A stretch of 64,000 nt of DNA, taken from Planktothrix sp. GU0601_MAG3. Lineage in GTDB: Bacteria; Cyanobacteriota; Cyanobacteriia; Cyanobacteriales; Microcoleaceae. The notes under the pieces were generated by a model that was not told the origin of the DNA, did not search any database, and saw only the letters and a program-made list of their open reading frames with translations. The translations under genes and the position numbers were made by a program. The stretch covers positions 928,001 to 992,000 of the forward strand of contig CP136572.1 of NCBI GenBank assembly GCA_035193785.1, given 5' to 3'. Shown here one piece after another: positions 21,340-33,776 of this stretch (position 1 is its first letter; every line of letters begins with the position of its first letter).

Positions 21340-23594
21340 CTTCGCGTCCTCCTACGGGAATTGTAAAATAAAATGTAGACCCTTGACCTAATTTAGATTC
21401 TACCCATATTTTACCGCGATGGCATTCTATAATTTTCTTACAGATGGCTAATCCCATCCCAGTTTCCTGGGTATTCATCTCGGGTATGGAGACGTTGGAA
21501 AATAATAAAAATTCGTTCGGCAAATTGTAGGTCAATTCCGATGCCATTATCCTCAACGGAAAATAACCAAGCATCCTCAATTCGTTTAACTCCGATATGA
21601 ATTTCAGGTGATTTTTCACTTCTAAACTTAATCGCATTAGCAATTAAATTTTGGAATAACTGCATTAATTGAGTCCCATCTCCTAATACATTCGGCATCG
21701 GATCATAAGTAATATTAGCTTGATTTTCAGCAATCCGTTTTCTTAAATTAGCTAAAGCCCGATATAAAGCCGTTTGAACTTCGGTAAATTGAAATTCAAT
21801 TCCCTGCATATCGACTTTAGAATAAGCTAAAATATCATCAATTAGGGTTTGCATTAAACTTACCCCTTCCACGGCATAATTAATGAATTGTTTAGCATCA
21901 TCATCGAGGGCTTGATGATAACGCATTTCTAACAGTTGTACATAGTTGACGACTTGATTTAAGGGTTCTTGTAAATCATGGGAGGCGACATAGGCAAATT
22001 TTTTCAAATCCGAGTTAGACCGTTCTAAATCCTGGGCTAACTGAGCCAATTCATCGGCCTGCTTCAAGACAATATTAACTAGGGTTTTTCTCAGTTCTAA
22101 AGCCGCTTGAATTTCCACCTGTTTCCAAGCTAGGGATTGTAACTGCAAGGTTTCTTTCCACTGTTCAAAAGATTTTCGAGGGGACAGTAACACTTGACCT
22201 TCAGCTTGGCTAGTTTCAAAGGCTTGGTGAGGATTTCCCCCCCATTTAACGGTTTGGATGACTTCGGGGCGGAACCAAATCACATAATTTTTATGGGAAA
22301 TAGAAATAGCCAATAAGCCACTTCCCACAGCTTTAAACCCTCGGGCATCGGAATAGAGTTTGGGCAAAGAATCAGTATAAAAAACTTCTTTTTGACTCTG
22401 TTTTTGTAACCATTGAACTAAGAAAATTAAATCGGCTTCTGGGGGTGTTTCTCCTACTAGGGTAAATTGACCACCAAAGTAAATTGCAGCCCCTTGAGCA
22501 CCGGTTAAATCTAAAATATTGGGTTGATGTTGGGTGAGTCCATCAATAAAATTTTCCTCCTGGGACATGGCATCAATTAAAGCCGATTGAATTTGGTTTA
22601 ATTGAATCCGATAGTCATAATCTTCTGTGTCTTCCCGTTCTGAAAGTTCGGAAAAAATCACTCTTCCTAGAAATTCGCAAGCCTTGCGGAGTTCATAGGA
22701 AATATATTTAGGGGTGAGATGATGACAAGCAATTAATCCCCAAAGTTTTCCCGCTTTGATTAAGGAAATAGTTAGGGAAGCGCCCACCCCCATATTGTGT
22801 AAATATTGCAGGTGACAAGGGGAAGCACTTCTCAAAATTGAGCAGGTTAAATCCGTGGGTTGATGACTAATCGGATTAACTTCAGGAAAGAGTTGAACTG
22901 GTTCGGTAGCCGCATCAGGAATTAGGCGAATCCAGTTAGAACTAAACATCTTTCTGGCGGGTTTGGGAATATCTGATGCTGGATAATGTAGTCCCAAATA
23001 GGGTTCCATTTCCCCTCGTTTTTCTTCCGCAATTACTTCTCCATGTCCATCCTGATCGAATTTATATAACATTACCCGATCAAATCCCGTGATTTTTCGC
23101 ACTTCTTGAACAATAATTTGACAAAAATTGATCAAACTCGAGGAAGATTCTAGTTGATTAATTGAGATTTTAGCTAAATGATAAAAACTGAGGAATGGAA
23201 TATTTTCTTGAGAGGTAGCGGGTTCTAGTTCTAAGATTAAATAGCCAGAACTATTACGATGGAATATGCCATCAAAAATAACATAATCATCGCCTTTAAT
23301 TTTGATCCAAATTTTAGTTGGATTAATGAAATCGAGGTTATCTTGTTTTAATCCAATTTCAATCCGTTCCATTTGGAAAGAATCTAATAGGTCTTTTAAA
23401 TATTTATGTAGTATAATTTCGGTAGAAATTCCCAAAATTGACTCGATATTACTGCTAACTTGTAAAATTCTAAGACCGGGTTCTTCTAAAACCAATAAAA
23501 CGCCATGGGGTTGAATTTGGCTGAGAATATGGATAGGTTGCCCATCCAAGTCCTTTAAGCCAGAAGAATTATCCTCCGTCTTGACATTTCCCAT
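21311..23594 (-). CDS. cph1: cyanobacterial phytochrome PAS-GAF-PHY-HK; apparent +1 frameshift at ~21463
   Basis: [15 protein letters not shown], bilin Cys in SPCHLQY, PRKSF, SHDLQEP. Confidence 0.92.
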
Positions 23595-23919
23595 AATGAT
23601 CCTCCTGAGTTGGTTTTGATAAAAAATGATCGAGGGGCAAAATTTTCTTCCCTGCTGAGGTCTATCTAATGCTGAGTTTGGACTTGGGGCTGATTAAGAC
23701 AATTTTCTGGGGCAATTTCGGGGTGTCATCTTTCAGTATAGCATTTTACAAATCGCTTGAAACTGCTTACAACTCTTTCCCTATAACTCTTTAGATTTAT
23801 TCAAAAAAATATAAACTAATGCAGCTAATTCAATCTAAAAGTGATTTTGCTGCATTATATTGAAATATTGTTACATATTAATTCACAAAAATTAATCAAG
23901 TTATGCCAGAACAAAGGCT

Positions 23920-24714
23920 CTACTGATTTAAAATTAACTGCATTAATCCCGGGAATAATCGATAGGTTTCTGTTGCTAATAGGGCTGGGCCCACCACGAC
24001 TTCCGCTTGTTTTTTCTCCACCGCATTCCAAATCGCTTGGGCAATATCTTCTGGTTGACTCACCCAAGTTGAAGCTAAAACTGAGTCCAAGCGTTGACGC
24101 AATTGTTCAATTTCTAACTCATCTTCCCCGCGAAATTGTGCTCTTTCTAGGAAATTACTATTAATAATACCCGGATGAACAGCACAGACATGAATGTCTT
24201 TTTTTTGTAGTTCTAACCTCAAGGATTCTGTGAGTCCCGTCACCGCATATTTACTCGCACAATAGGCCGCCATTTGGGGTAGGGGCATTTTTCCCACAAA
24301 GGAACCAACATTTACAATTGTCCCATGTTTTTGTTTCAATAAATGGGGTAATACTGTATGAATCATATTTACATAACCAAAGAAGTTTGTATTCATTAAT
24401 TTATGCCAATCTTCTAAGGTGGTATGTTCCACAGATGCACTTAAACAAATTCCGGCATTATTGATTAAAACATCGATACTTTCATAATAATCTAAGGATT
24501 GATTAACTAGATATTTAACCTGTTCAATATCAGTAACATCCGTCGGAATTGCTACGGTAGAAACCCCCAAAGATAAAACTTCATTTGCCAGGGCTTCTAA
24601 ACGTTCCGGTTCCCGGGCAGCTAAGATAACATTGTAGCCTTTTTTTGCAAATAATAAAGCCGTTGCTTTACCAGTTCCTTGAGACGCGCCCGTAATCAAA
24701 ACTGTTGATGTCAT
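23920..24714 (-). CDS. SDR family oxidoreductase
   Basis: TGASQGTG, NNAG, YCASK. Confidence 0.92.
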   Translation of the reverse strand: MTSTVLITGASQGTGKATALLFAKKGYNVILAAREPERLEALANEVLSLGVSTVAIPTDVTDIEQVKYLVNQSLDYYESIDVLINNAGICLSASVEHTTLEDWHKLMNTNFFGYVNMIHTVLPHLLKQKHGTIVNVGSFVGKMPLPQMAAYCASKYAVTGLTESLRLELQKKDIHVCAVHPGIINSNFLERAQFRGEDELEIEQLRQRLDSVLASTWVSQPEDIAQAIWNAVEKKQAEVVVGPALLATETYRLFPGLMQLILNQ

Positions 24715-24764
24715 AATAGAAGCAATCCTATAAGAATGGGGAATGGGTAATAAACTAATAACTG

Positions 24765-24826
24765 GTACGGGCGGGTTATTTTAGATATGAGTTAATCACC
24801 GCGCATCTTGATGAACCCGCCCCTAC
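24765..24826. repeat. REPIN-like inverted repeat GTACGGGCGGGTT...AACCCGCCCCTAC
   Basis: 13-bp arms with one mismatch, intergenic. Confidence 0.7.
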
Positions 24827-24841
24827 AAATGATAACTGATT

Positions 24842-25372
24842 TTATCTTCTGTTATTACATTTACGCCGCTGACTTTCTATTGTGTAGTCTCGCGGAATGC
24901 TGTTTAAATTCATTCCGGGCCGGAAAATTGTGGCAGCATCCCAGAGTTTTGCTCCCGTTAAGTTGGCGCCAGAAAAATTAGTTCTCTCATCAATAATGGC
25001 TCCACTTAAGTCAGTTTTACTTAAATCAGCCCCACTTAAATCAGCCCCACTCAAGTTAGCATCAACAAAATTAGCAAAGGAGAAATTAGTTTTTCTCATG
25101 GTGCTATTGGAGAGGTTTGCACAGGTGAAAAACGCCCCTCGGAAGTTGGCATTATTAAAGTTAGAATTGCTCAAATTAGCTTGTCTAAGTTGAGCACTAA
25201 CCCGGCTTTGATTGCTTAAATTAGACCCTTGCAAATTACAGCCTTGACAGGAGCGAGCATTACCTTTTAAAAAAACGTCTGGGTCGTTTGTATTGAATTG
25301 AGCCATGGTTGGGGCTACAAAAACAACGGGTGTAAACAAAGCCACAAATGCCCAAAATTTATATTTTTTCAT
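24842..25372 (-). CDS. secreted pentapeptide repeat protein
   Basis: Signal peptide, CQGCNL, A(N/D)L(S/T) repeats. Confidence 0.9.
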   Translation of the reverse strand: MKKYKFWAFVALFTPVVFVAPTMAQFNTNDPDVFLKGNARSCQGCNLQGSNLSNQSRVSAQLRQANLSNSNFNNANFRGAFFTCANLSNSTMRKTNFSFANFVDANLSGADLSGADLSKTDLSGAIIDERTNFSGANLTGAKLWDAATIFRPGMNLNSIPRDYTIESQRRKCNNRR

Positions 25373-25528
25373 GGTTGATTATTAGTGATTTTATAGCTTA
25401 ATTAATAACATATAAAATCAATTCTGTCAATATTGAAAGATTGTTTTCTCAATATTCAGAACTCGATACTTATTTGATGAACTTGATGAAATAATACCGA
25501 TTGAATTTTGGTTGTACATAATAATAAA

Positions 25529-26447
25529 TTAATGGGATTGCGGATCTAAAGCATCCCTTAAACCATCTCCTACCGCGTTAATACTCAAAACCGTTAAAAA
25601 AATTGCCAACCCGGGAAATAAAGCTAAATAGGGGGCGGTTTCTAAATAATTTTGAGCATCATAAAGCATTCTTCCCCAGGTGGGAACATCGGGGGGAAAT
25701 CCTAATCCTAAAAAGCTTAAAGTTGATTCTGTAATAATCGCAGTTCCCACCGCTAAAGTCGCTGCTACAATTACCGGACTCAAAACATTAGGAAGAATAT
25801 GTACCCAAATTAATCGCTTAGAAGACGCACCAATGGCTTTAGCTGCGGTGACAAAATCCTGTTCTTTTGTGGTGAGAAAACTCGCCCGCACTAATCGCGC
25901 CACCGACATCCAATTTAACCCACCAACTACTATAATAATTAATAGGAAAATACCGACTTCTGGCCCAACAATTTGTTTGATTGATTCCCGAAATAAATAG
26001 ATAACTAATAGTAGTACAGGTAATTGGGGAAGGGATATAAATAAATCCGTTAGTCGCATTAATAGACTATCAATTATTCCGCCATAAAATCCGGCGATCG
26101 CCCCCACTAATGTTCCTAATAAAATAGCTACCGCCATGGCTGCGACCCCAACGGTTAAAGAAACTCGTCCCCCAATTAATAAACGGGCTAATTGATCCTG
26201 TCCTAAATCATTAGTTTCCCAAAAGATGTTTTCCCGTTGGCGGAGAAAGGGAATTAACAAAATCAATTTCCGTCGGAGAAATCCCATAAACCCAAGGGCC
26301 AATAATCACAGATAAAATCATAAATCCTAAAATTATTAATCCTAAAAGGGCGATTTTATCCCGTTTAAATTGTCGCCATGCGGTCTGAATTAGAGTTTTA
26401 GATTGGCGGGTTTTAGAGGTTTTTTCGGCAGGTTGAGTTACTGTCAT
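25529..26447 (-). CDS. peptide ABC transporter permease (OppC/DppC-like); apparent +1 frameshift at ~26215
   Basis: HLLGTNDLGQD after correction; EAA-like loop; LSFLGLG. Confidence 0.9.
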
Positions 26448-26456
26448 AATTAATAA

Positions 26457-27413
26457 TTAATATTGAACTCTAGGATCTAAAAATCCATATAAAATATCGG
26501 CAAATAGATTAAAAATTACTACTAAAATTGCATAAACCATCGTAATTCCCATAATAACTGGGGTATCACTGCGAAAAATTGAATCAATTAATAACGCCCC
26601 AATCCCAGGAATTCTAAACACCTGTTCGGTAACTAATGATCCAGCAAATAAACCAGGAATTTGTAAAGCAATTAAGGTCACAACTGGAATTAAAGCATTT
26701 CTTAAAATATGACCATTAATTACATTCAATTTTGGTAAACCTTTAGCGTAAGCAGTGCGAACATAATTTTGATTCAACTGTTCTAGGAAGGAAGAACGAA
26801 TAAACCGCATTAAAATCGCAGCTTGATAAAATCCTAACACAGAAATGGGCATAATAGACTGTTGGATTTGTTGCCAAAATGTTTGTAAATTGGTTACTTT
26901 TAAGGTACTATTATAAATAAAAGGAAGCCATTTAAGTTGAACACTGAAAATAATAATAAACAGTAACCCGGTAAAAAATGTGGGTAAGGAAAACCCAATA
27001 AAGGAAACCGTTGTGATGATTTGGTCTAAAACCGAATAGCGTTTTAAAGCCGAAATAATCCCAAAAGGAAAAGCGATTAAAACCGCTAAAATATAGGCTA
27101 CACCCATAATCCAAAGGGTTGTGGGTAAACGTTGTAAAATTAAATCTAAAACCGGGCTACGACTGGTAAAAGAATAACCTAGATCTCCTTGTAAAAATGC
27201 CCAAATCCATTTTAAATACCGGATGGGAATAGGTTGATCTAAACCTAGCGATCGCCTAATATTTTCTCGCACTTCGGGGGTAATAGAAGGATTATTAGCA
27301 AATTCTCCCATGGGATTACCCGGGGCTAATGCTAGGATTAAAAATACTACAATACTAATAGCTATTAGGGTGGGAATAGAGGTGAGAATCCGGTTGATTA
27401 GGTATCGGGTCAT
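26457..27413 (-). CDS. peptide ABC transporter permease (OppB/DppB-like)
   Basis: APGNP, GLDQP, GDLGYS, YVRTAYAKG, LDPRV. Confidence 0.92.
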   Translation of the reverse strand: MTRYLINRILTSIPTLIAISIVVFLILALAPGNPMGEFANNPSITPEVRENIRRSLGLDQPIPIRYLKWIWAFLQGDLGYSFTSRSPVLDLILQRLPTTLWIMGVAYILAVLIAFPFGIISALKRYSVLDQIITTVSFIGFSLPTFFTGLLFIIIFSVQLKWLPFIYNSTLKVTNLQTFWQQIQQSIMPISVLGFYQAAILMRFIRSSFLEQLNQNYVRTAYAKGLPKLNVINGHILRNALIPVVTLIALQIPGLFAGSLVTEQVFRIPGIGALLIDSIFRSDTPVIMGITMVYAILVVIFNLFADILYGFLDPRVQY

Positions 27414-27466
27414 GTTTAATAATAATAAAATAAAAGATAGCCCTAAAGGGCTTACTACGGGGCTTA

Positions 27467-29202
27467 CTACGGGGTCTTTTTCCAATCTTTGATATTCCAG
27501 ACGGTTAAATCCCAAGGGGTTAAGTTTACGCCTGTTAAATTCTGATTGACTCCTGCCACTTCCGCCCGATGAATTAGGGGAATCACAATATAATTATTCA
27601 CCAACATATCATTCATTTTAATCCAGATTTGTTTTTGTTTTTCCGGGTTAATTTCAGTGGTTGCTTGTTTCCAAAGGGCATCATATTCTGGATTACAATA
27701 GCGAGAAAAATTATCCCCTGTCCAATTATTCGCTTTCTGCGGAATTTGAGTGCAGGTATAGGTTTTCAAATAGGCGGTGGGATCGGGATTCGTATTTCCG
27801 GTACTAAATAATTGTAAATCCGCCACAAATCTTTCTGTGGTATCGGGATTAGCAGGATCACCGGAAAAATATACACTCGGATCAATACTTTTTAGTTCTA
27901 CTTTCATACCCAATTGTTTCTAAGGATTGTTTAATCACTTCTTGGGTTTTTTGCCGTAAAGGATTAACGGAAGTTTGAAAAACTAAGTTCATTTCTACCC
28001 CATTTTTATCTCGAATCCCGTTATTATTAGTATCTTTCCATCCGGCTTCATCTAATAATTTTGCGGCTTTTTCTAAATTAAATTGATAGGTAGTATTGGG
28101 AGAAACAACTTGAGAAGGATTGACCACAAAATTAGTAGTAGGTTGTCCTAAAATTCCATAGAGTTGATTAGCAATAATCTCTCGATTGATCGCTAAACTT
28201 AAAGCCTGACGGACTTTAGGATCACTAAAGAAAGGATGGGGGAATTTTAAACTCGATCTTTCTCCATCGGGTGTAATTTTATTCGGATCGGTTTGATTAA
28301 TTATAATCCGTTCCATTAATGCCCCAAAATTAGAAATAACCTTCCCTTTTCCCGCCGCTTCTAAGGGTTTTAAAACATTAGATTCTACCTGAAGATTATA
28401 GGCATAATCCGCATCTCCCGTCTGTAAAACTGCCCTAGCTGCGGAGGCTGCATCGCCTCCTCCTTTGAGTTCTAGCCGTTCAAATCCTAACTGTTTAGCT
28501 TCTCTAAAATTGGGGTTTGCTTCATAAACAACCACATCCCCAGGTTTAAATTCTACCACTCGATAGGCCCCGGTTCCTACGGGTTTTAAATTACCAGGTG
28601 CTTGTCGGGAATTTTCCCCATTATAATCTTCAAAAATATGACGAGGTAAAATCATTCCTTCGGTTTCCCACAAACACCGAATGCCATCCCGGTGTTACGG
28701 ATTTAAAGTTAATTTTTACGGTATGACTATCAATTTTTTCAATATTTTTAATAATTTCATACGTCCCGGATGTAGTAGTCCCAACTTTAGGATTACTAAT
28801 AAATTCATAAGTAAAAATAACATCATCGGCGGTAAAGGGTTTCCCATCCGACCAATTAACATTTTTTTTCAGTTTCCAAGTCACGGATTTACCGTCCTTA
28901 GCAACTCCTCCATTTTTTAAACTAGGAATTTCTGCGGCTAAGAAAGGGACTAATTCTAATTGATTATTAAAACTAGCCAGGGGTTCTAAAGTAATTCGAC
29001 TAGCTTCGGAATCTTTGAACCCCGTTGATAAATGGGGATTGAGAATAGTTGGGGCTTGCCAATATAATAATTTTAGGGTTTTTTCTGCGGGTTGTTGATT
29101 AGAATTAGTTGGATTTGTGGGGGTAGAATTTGGGGAAGATCCACAGGAACTTAGGGTTAAACTAATCAGAGAAATTAACAGAGAAAATTTATAAAAATTC
29201 AT
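27467..29202 (-). CDS. peptide ABC transporter substrate-binding lipoprotein; apparent +1 frameshifts at ~27916 and ~28664
   Basis: Lipobox LSSC, LNPH, WSDGKPFTADDV, GTGAY, LLDEAGW; three frames join at GAAC sites. Confidence 0.9.
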
Positions 29203-29437
29203 AGAAATTATAGAAAAGGGCGGTCTCATTCTGTACTGATTATGTTTCACAAAGATTTCAGGAGAAAACCGTTGTGAGGCATTTATGCTTTTATTCTGGA
29301 ATCTTGTTAATTCTATTACCGTAGTGAGGCATTTATGCCTTTATTACCCAATTTCGTTAATTTTATTACAAAATTTTACAGAAACACCGATTATACTTGA
29401 CAAAAGCATAACATTTTGCATTGCGAGGACTATCAAT

Positions 29438-29880
29438 ATGGGTCTTATCCGCCAAGTTGAAGTTCGTAGACTAAACTCGATCAGGTCTGGGATGGTTGAA
29501 TTTTTCACCCCCCAGACCAGCGACGAAACAATGATGGTATACAGGTCGAAGCAGGTGCGGTAGAGAAGTTATTTGTCCATCGTTTTCAAACTGATCAATT
29601 ATTGGTCGTCCGGGGTCAATTTGTCCTGGTGATTTTACAAAATCGTCAATATCGTTATATTCCTTTGAGTGATCGGGCTCCAACCGTGGTTAAAATTCCC
29701 CCAGGAGTTCCTCACGGCGCAATTAATCTAGGCACAGAAGACTGTTTAATGGTGAATGCGGTGTTGCGACATGGAGAACCCCATGAACGAGATTATCGCC
29801 CCTTAAACCCGCCTTTCTCCTACAATTTAGTCGCTGTAAAACGGGCTTTAGAAAGTTTAGATTATCCCTTGACAGCTTAA
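29438..29880 (+). CDS. cupin (RmlC-like) protein; frameshift at ~29539 (extra TA)
   Basis: FVHRFQTDQL..VRG, IPPGVPHG; reads MMVQVEAG if one TA is removed. Confidence 0.7.
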
Positions 29881-29900
29881 TTTTAAAATCATCTTATATC

Positions 29901-29933
29901 AATATAGGATACAGTAATTTTGTATCCTATATT
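29901..29933. terminator. hairpin AATATAGGATACA-N7-TGTATCCTATATT
   Basis: 13-bp perfect stem downstream of cupin gene. Confidence 0.45.
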
Positions 29934-29962
29934 AATATTAGCGATCGCAATTATTTAAAACC

Positions 29963-30196
29963 TTGGCACTCTTAAAAATTAAAGTTAAACCCAATTCTAA
30001 ACAACAGGCTTTCCATGAAGAATTGGATGGAAGTTTTACCGTCCATCTGAAATCTCCCCCAGTCGAAGGAAAAGCCAATCAAGAATTAATTAAATTTTTA
30101 GCCAAACACCTAGGAGTCCCCAAATCCCAAATTACAATTAAATCTGGCCGATCCTCCCGCCATAAATTTGTAGAAGTTCCCGACGTTAAGCCCTAG
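29963..30196 (+). CDS. DUF167/YggU family protein
   Basis: [22 protein letters not shown]. Confidence 0.9.
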   Translation: MALLKIKVKPNSKQQAFHEELDGSFTVHLKSPPVEGKANQELIKFLAKHLGVPKSQITIKSGRSSRHKFVEVPDVKP

Positions 30197-30240
30197 TATA
30201 ATAGATGAGTAGACATCATTAATTTTCAGTATTTTTGCTA

Positions 30241-30504
30241 ATGGATGCGTTTCAACCCACCCCTCCAGATTGGACAACCGATGCAATTCACGCTTCCGAG
30301 TTTTCTTGTCCCGAATGTTCCGCGAGTAGTTTAGAAGCCCAACAGGTTTGGATTAACCGTCGTTCTCCAGTTTACAGCGAAAATAACCGTCGCCAATGGC
30401 AGGAATTTTATGTCTGTCAATGTGGCTGCGTTTGGTGGGCTTGGAGTAGCGATCGCCCCCCTTCCCATCTTGTTTCCCAACCTAACACAGATCAAAATCC
30501 GTAA
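30241..30504 (+). CDS. small zinc-ribbon-like hypothetical protein
   Basis: CPEC ... CQCG pairs, WQEFY, WWAWSSDRPP. Confidence 0.75.
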   Translation: MDAFQPTPPDWTTDAIHASEFSCPECSASSLEAQQVWINRRSPVYSENNRRQWQEFYVCQCGCVWWAWSSDRPPSHLVSQPNTDQNP

Positions 30505-30750
30505 AATCCTCTTAAACAGGAATTTTACGCCTGTCAATGTAGCTGCGTTTGGTGGACTTGGAGTAACGATCACCCCCCTTCCCATCTGGTTTCTCAACCT
30601 AACACAGAGCAAAATCCATGAAATCCTCTTAAACAGGAATTTTACGCCTGTCAATGTAGCTGCGTTTGGTGGACTTGGAGTAACGATCACCCCCCTTCCC
30701 ATCTTGTTTCTCAACCTAACACAGATCAAAATCCGTGAAATCCGTGAAAT
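30400..30750 (+). repeat. three tandem 117-bp copies of the gene 3' end, ending in AAATCCGTG microrepeats
   Basis: Units start at 30400, 30517 and 30634 (CAGGAATTTTA). Confidence 0.95.
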
Positions 30751-30776
30751 CCTCTTAAATCCGTGATCCTAATTGC

Positions 30777-33183
30777 CTATTTTTCTTCTTGTAATAATTG
30801 CCAATCTCGAATTAACTCCTTAGACCACATCCAATTTTGAGATAATTCATTAGGTTCAAATTTATTAGGTGCTTCACTCATAACCTTACTACTAAATTTA
30901 ACCGCTTTACTCAACATAAACTCCTTTTCTTTACTCGGCAAAGTTTGAGCAAATCTCCACCAAACCAAGGAAATTCCCGCATAGGCATTTAACTTATCCT
31001 GCTGTTGAACTTGAGACTGGATATTATTAGCAGTTTCCAGGTGTTATTTTCCCTGATAAAGTAGGTTCCTCAACCTCTAAAACCTGTATCCAAACTTGAT
31101 AGGCACTTTCTAACTTTCCTTCGGTATAATAGGCAAAACCCAAGGCGTTTTTATACTTCATAGATTTAGGATTTTGTTGAACTGCCTTTGCCCAATGGCG
31201 TCGCACATCATCAATTTTATATTCCGTACTTCCCCGTTGAATAGATTGCCAAGCTAACCGACCATAGAGAAAATTAACAATAGGATGATTGAGATCCTGA
31301 ACCTGTACCGCCGCTAGGGCTGATTTTGCTTTTTGTAATGCTCCTCTATCTAATAATTCCGTCGTTGCTTCTTCTGCCGATAATAGATTTCTCCGATAAA
31401 ATTGTTCAACGGCAATTCCTAAGACATAATCAGTATTTGCTGTGTTTAAATCCGTGGCTTGAGGTTGATTCGTTAGAGAATTACCATGGCGCGTCTCTAC
31501 TAATTTTTTCGATTGTAAAGCCATATTTTGCCACCACAAAGCCCCAAAACCCAAGGGAATGAGCAAAAATGGTAAAACCCATAATAATCGTTTTCCCTTA
31601 AATAAATTAACGGCACTTAAACCCGATAAAAAGGTTTTAGAATCAGAGTTTAAAGACTTATTCGCAATAGTTTTTGACGGTGAATTTGAAGACACAAAGG
31701 GTATTTTTTCTGAGACTAAATCCGGTGTTAATTCTGTTTTTATTGGGGGATTTTCAACCTTTGATTTATTAAGAAAATCCCCAATAAAGTCAAGACCATC
31801 TGAATCATTATCCAAATTATCTTCACAAACAATATCATCTAACAGGTCTTCAATATTATCATCATTCATACTATCCCATTCGGATGATGATAGGGTTTTA
31901 GTGGTAGATTTTGGCCTCAAATCTTGTTCTGCTGGAGCAGAAGGCAAAGGTAAAAATTCCTGTTCTTCCAGAATCGAATTATTATGGTGACTCGCGGTTA
32001 AATACCCATCAAATTCTCGATGTAAATATAAAATTGGCAATGCCCAATATAGCTGATGAGAACCATAGGCAGAAATCAATCCCTGTCTGGCTCTACTTAA
32101 ACTTAAATCAATCGGATAACCCTGATTAAGATTTCTATATAATAACCGCGTTAAGGTCAATGCCACATCATCGGGAATACGTTCCGCCATGGCTAATACC
32201 CCTGGAATACCGCGCTTAACGGCATATTCAGCTAAATTTAATTGGGCAGTATCATCACTAACATTTTGTACATTTTGATATGCTCCCCGACAGGAATTTA
32301 ATACCACCATTTGCACGCCATTATTAACTAATAATCCAGCTAAATCATCGCCATTTAGGGTTTCCGTTAATCCAGTTCGACGACTAACTAAATATAATTC
32401 CCCCCCGGATGTCCCTAAATTGCTATGTCCGGCATAATGAAAAACTTGATATTGTCCTTGTTCTAGGGCTTGGGTAAGTTGTTCTCGGTCGGGTTGTTCT
32501 AAAATAGTTAGTTGAATATCGGGGGTTGGGGGTTTGACAAAATTGCCATTACTCCGTCTATTTTCCCGTCGCAATTCTTCCTGTAAATGCAATGCTTCCC
32601 GCTTTAGTTGTAGCGTTTCTTGGTCGGTGGGTGCGGCAATAGCAATTAAAATTTTTAAAGGTTGATTTGGTTTTCTAAGTTGGGTTTGAGGAATAGAATT
32701 CATCCCCGGTTGGTAACGGGAAAAAACCACATCTGTTCCCGTCGCTATCGGACGATCTCCAGCGTGTAAAACTTCCCAAGGTAAACTCGATAACCGTTTG
32801 CCTTTTACGCCTAAGCGTAATTGTAATAATTCTTGACGATTTTGGGCGATCGCTTGGGCACAAGTCCAACTATCGTGTAACGTTCCTTGAAATAAGCCAT
32901 GATAAAGCTGTTGACCCAATTCGACTAAACTTAACAAAGGCGGATCACTGGCGGGTTGAGTTTCGATTGTTTGGCCCAAACCCCGAGAACGACGAACTGT
33001 TTGGCCCTCCAATAGACCTAACAGGGGATCATTCATTAATTGACGAGCCTGGGCTAACCATTCGTCCACGGGCCATTTAACTTGTTCTTCGGCTAGAGGA
33101 ACACCGGAGGCGACTTTTTCAGTTCGCACCAAATATTCATTATCTCCAACCGGGGTAACGGAAATATGGAATTCCTGAGTCAT
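30777..33183 (-). CDS. hetF: HetF, CHAT-family protease with TM segment and TPR; apparent +1 frameshift at ~31034
   Basis: N-terminus MTQEFHISVTPVG as in HetF; catalytic HYAGHS and LNSC; TM; C-terminal TPR. Confidence 0.85.
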
Positions 33184-33381
33184 AAGCATCTATGACGGAA
33201 ATGTAACTATTTTGCTCCTAAGTCCAGGGTAACTAATATTCGGCAAAGTAGTAAGCCCTTCAGGGCTTAATCCCCAAAACCTAACACTAATAAATTTAAT
33301 TTATTGTTATTGGTGTTAGATGTTGCTGCTAAGTCTGGGGAAGAAAGCCCGGTCGGGCTTACTACTTATGGCAAAAATTCC

Positions 33382-33576
33382 CTATTCTACGGTATGACCA
33401 ACGGCGGCGATCGCTTCTTTAATTGCGGTTTCCGAGGGTGTACCGTTAATATTCACTATCTTTGTTTCCAAATTAATTGTAATATCAGCCCCAGCGTCCA
33501 AAGATTTAATCGCCTTAGTAACAGTATTGGCACAGGCTTGACAAACCATGGAAGTAACTTTGATTTCAACGGTCAT
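33382..33576 (-). CDS. heavy-metal-associated copper chaperone (Atx1/CopZ-like)
   Basis: MVCQAC motif, C-terminal GHTVE. Confidence 0.88.
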   Translation of the reverse strand: MTVEIKVTSMVCQACANTVTKAIKSLDAGADITINLETKIVNINGTPSETAIKEAIAAVGHTVE

Positions 33577-33776
33577 GGGTTTTGGTAGTAATCGACAGTT
33601 CTAATGATTAACTTGCTCTACCATGAAAAATATTAAATGTCAAGTCAATTCAGGATAATCGTTGACGATCTGTTGTTGGTTAACACCTCAACACCGGGGA
33701 CATGGGTGTTAATTGTTAAAATCTATTAAGATAGAGGCAGGATAATATTGTTTCAGAAGTTAAGAGTAACCCTTCT

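Noticed and set aside
30400..30750. DGR template/variable repeat pair
   Set aside because: Only about half of the differences are at adenines of the putative template, all are transitions, and no reverse transcriptase or avd gene is in the window
30331..30766. 118-aa and 132-aa ORFs spanning the 117-bp repeats
   Set aside because: Shadow frames kept open because the unit length is a multiple of 3
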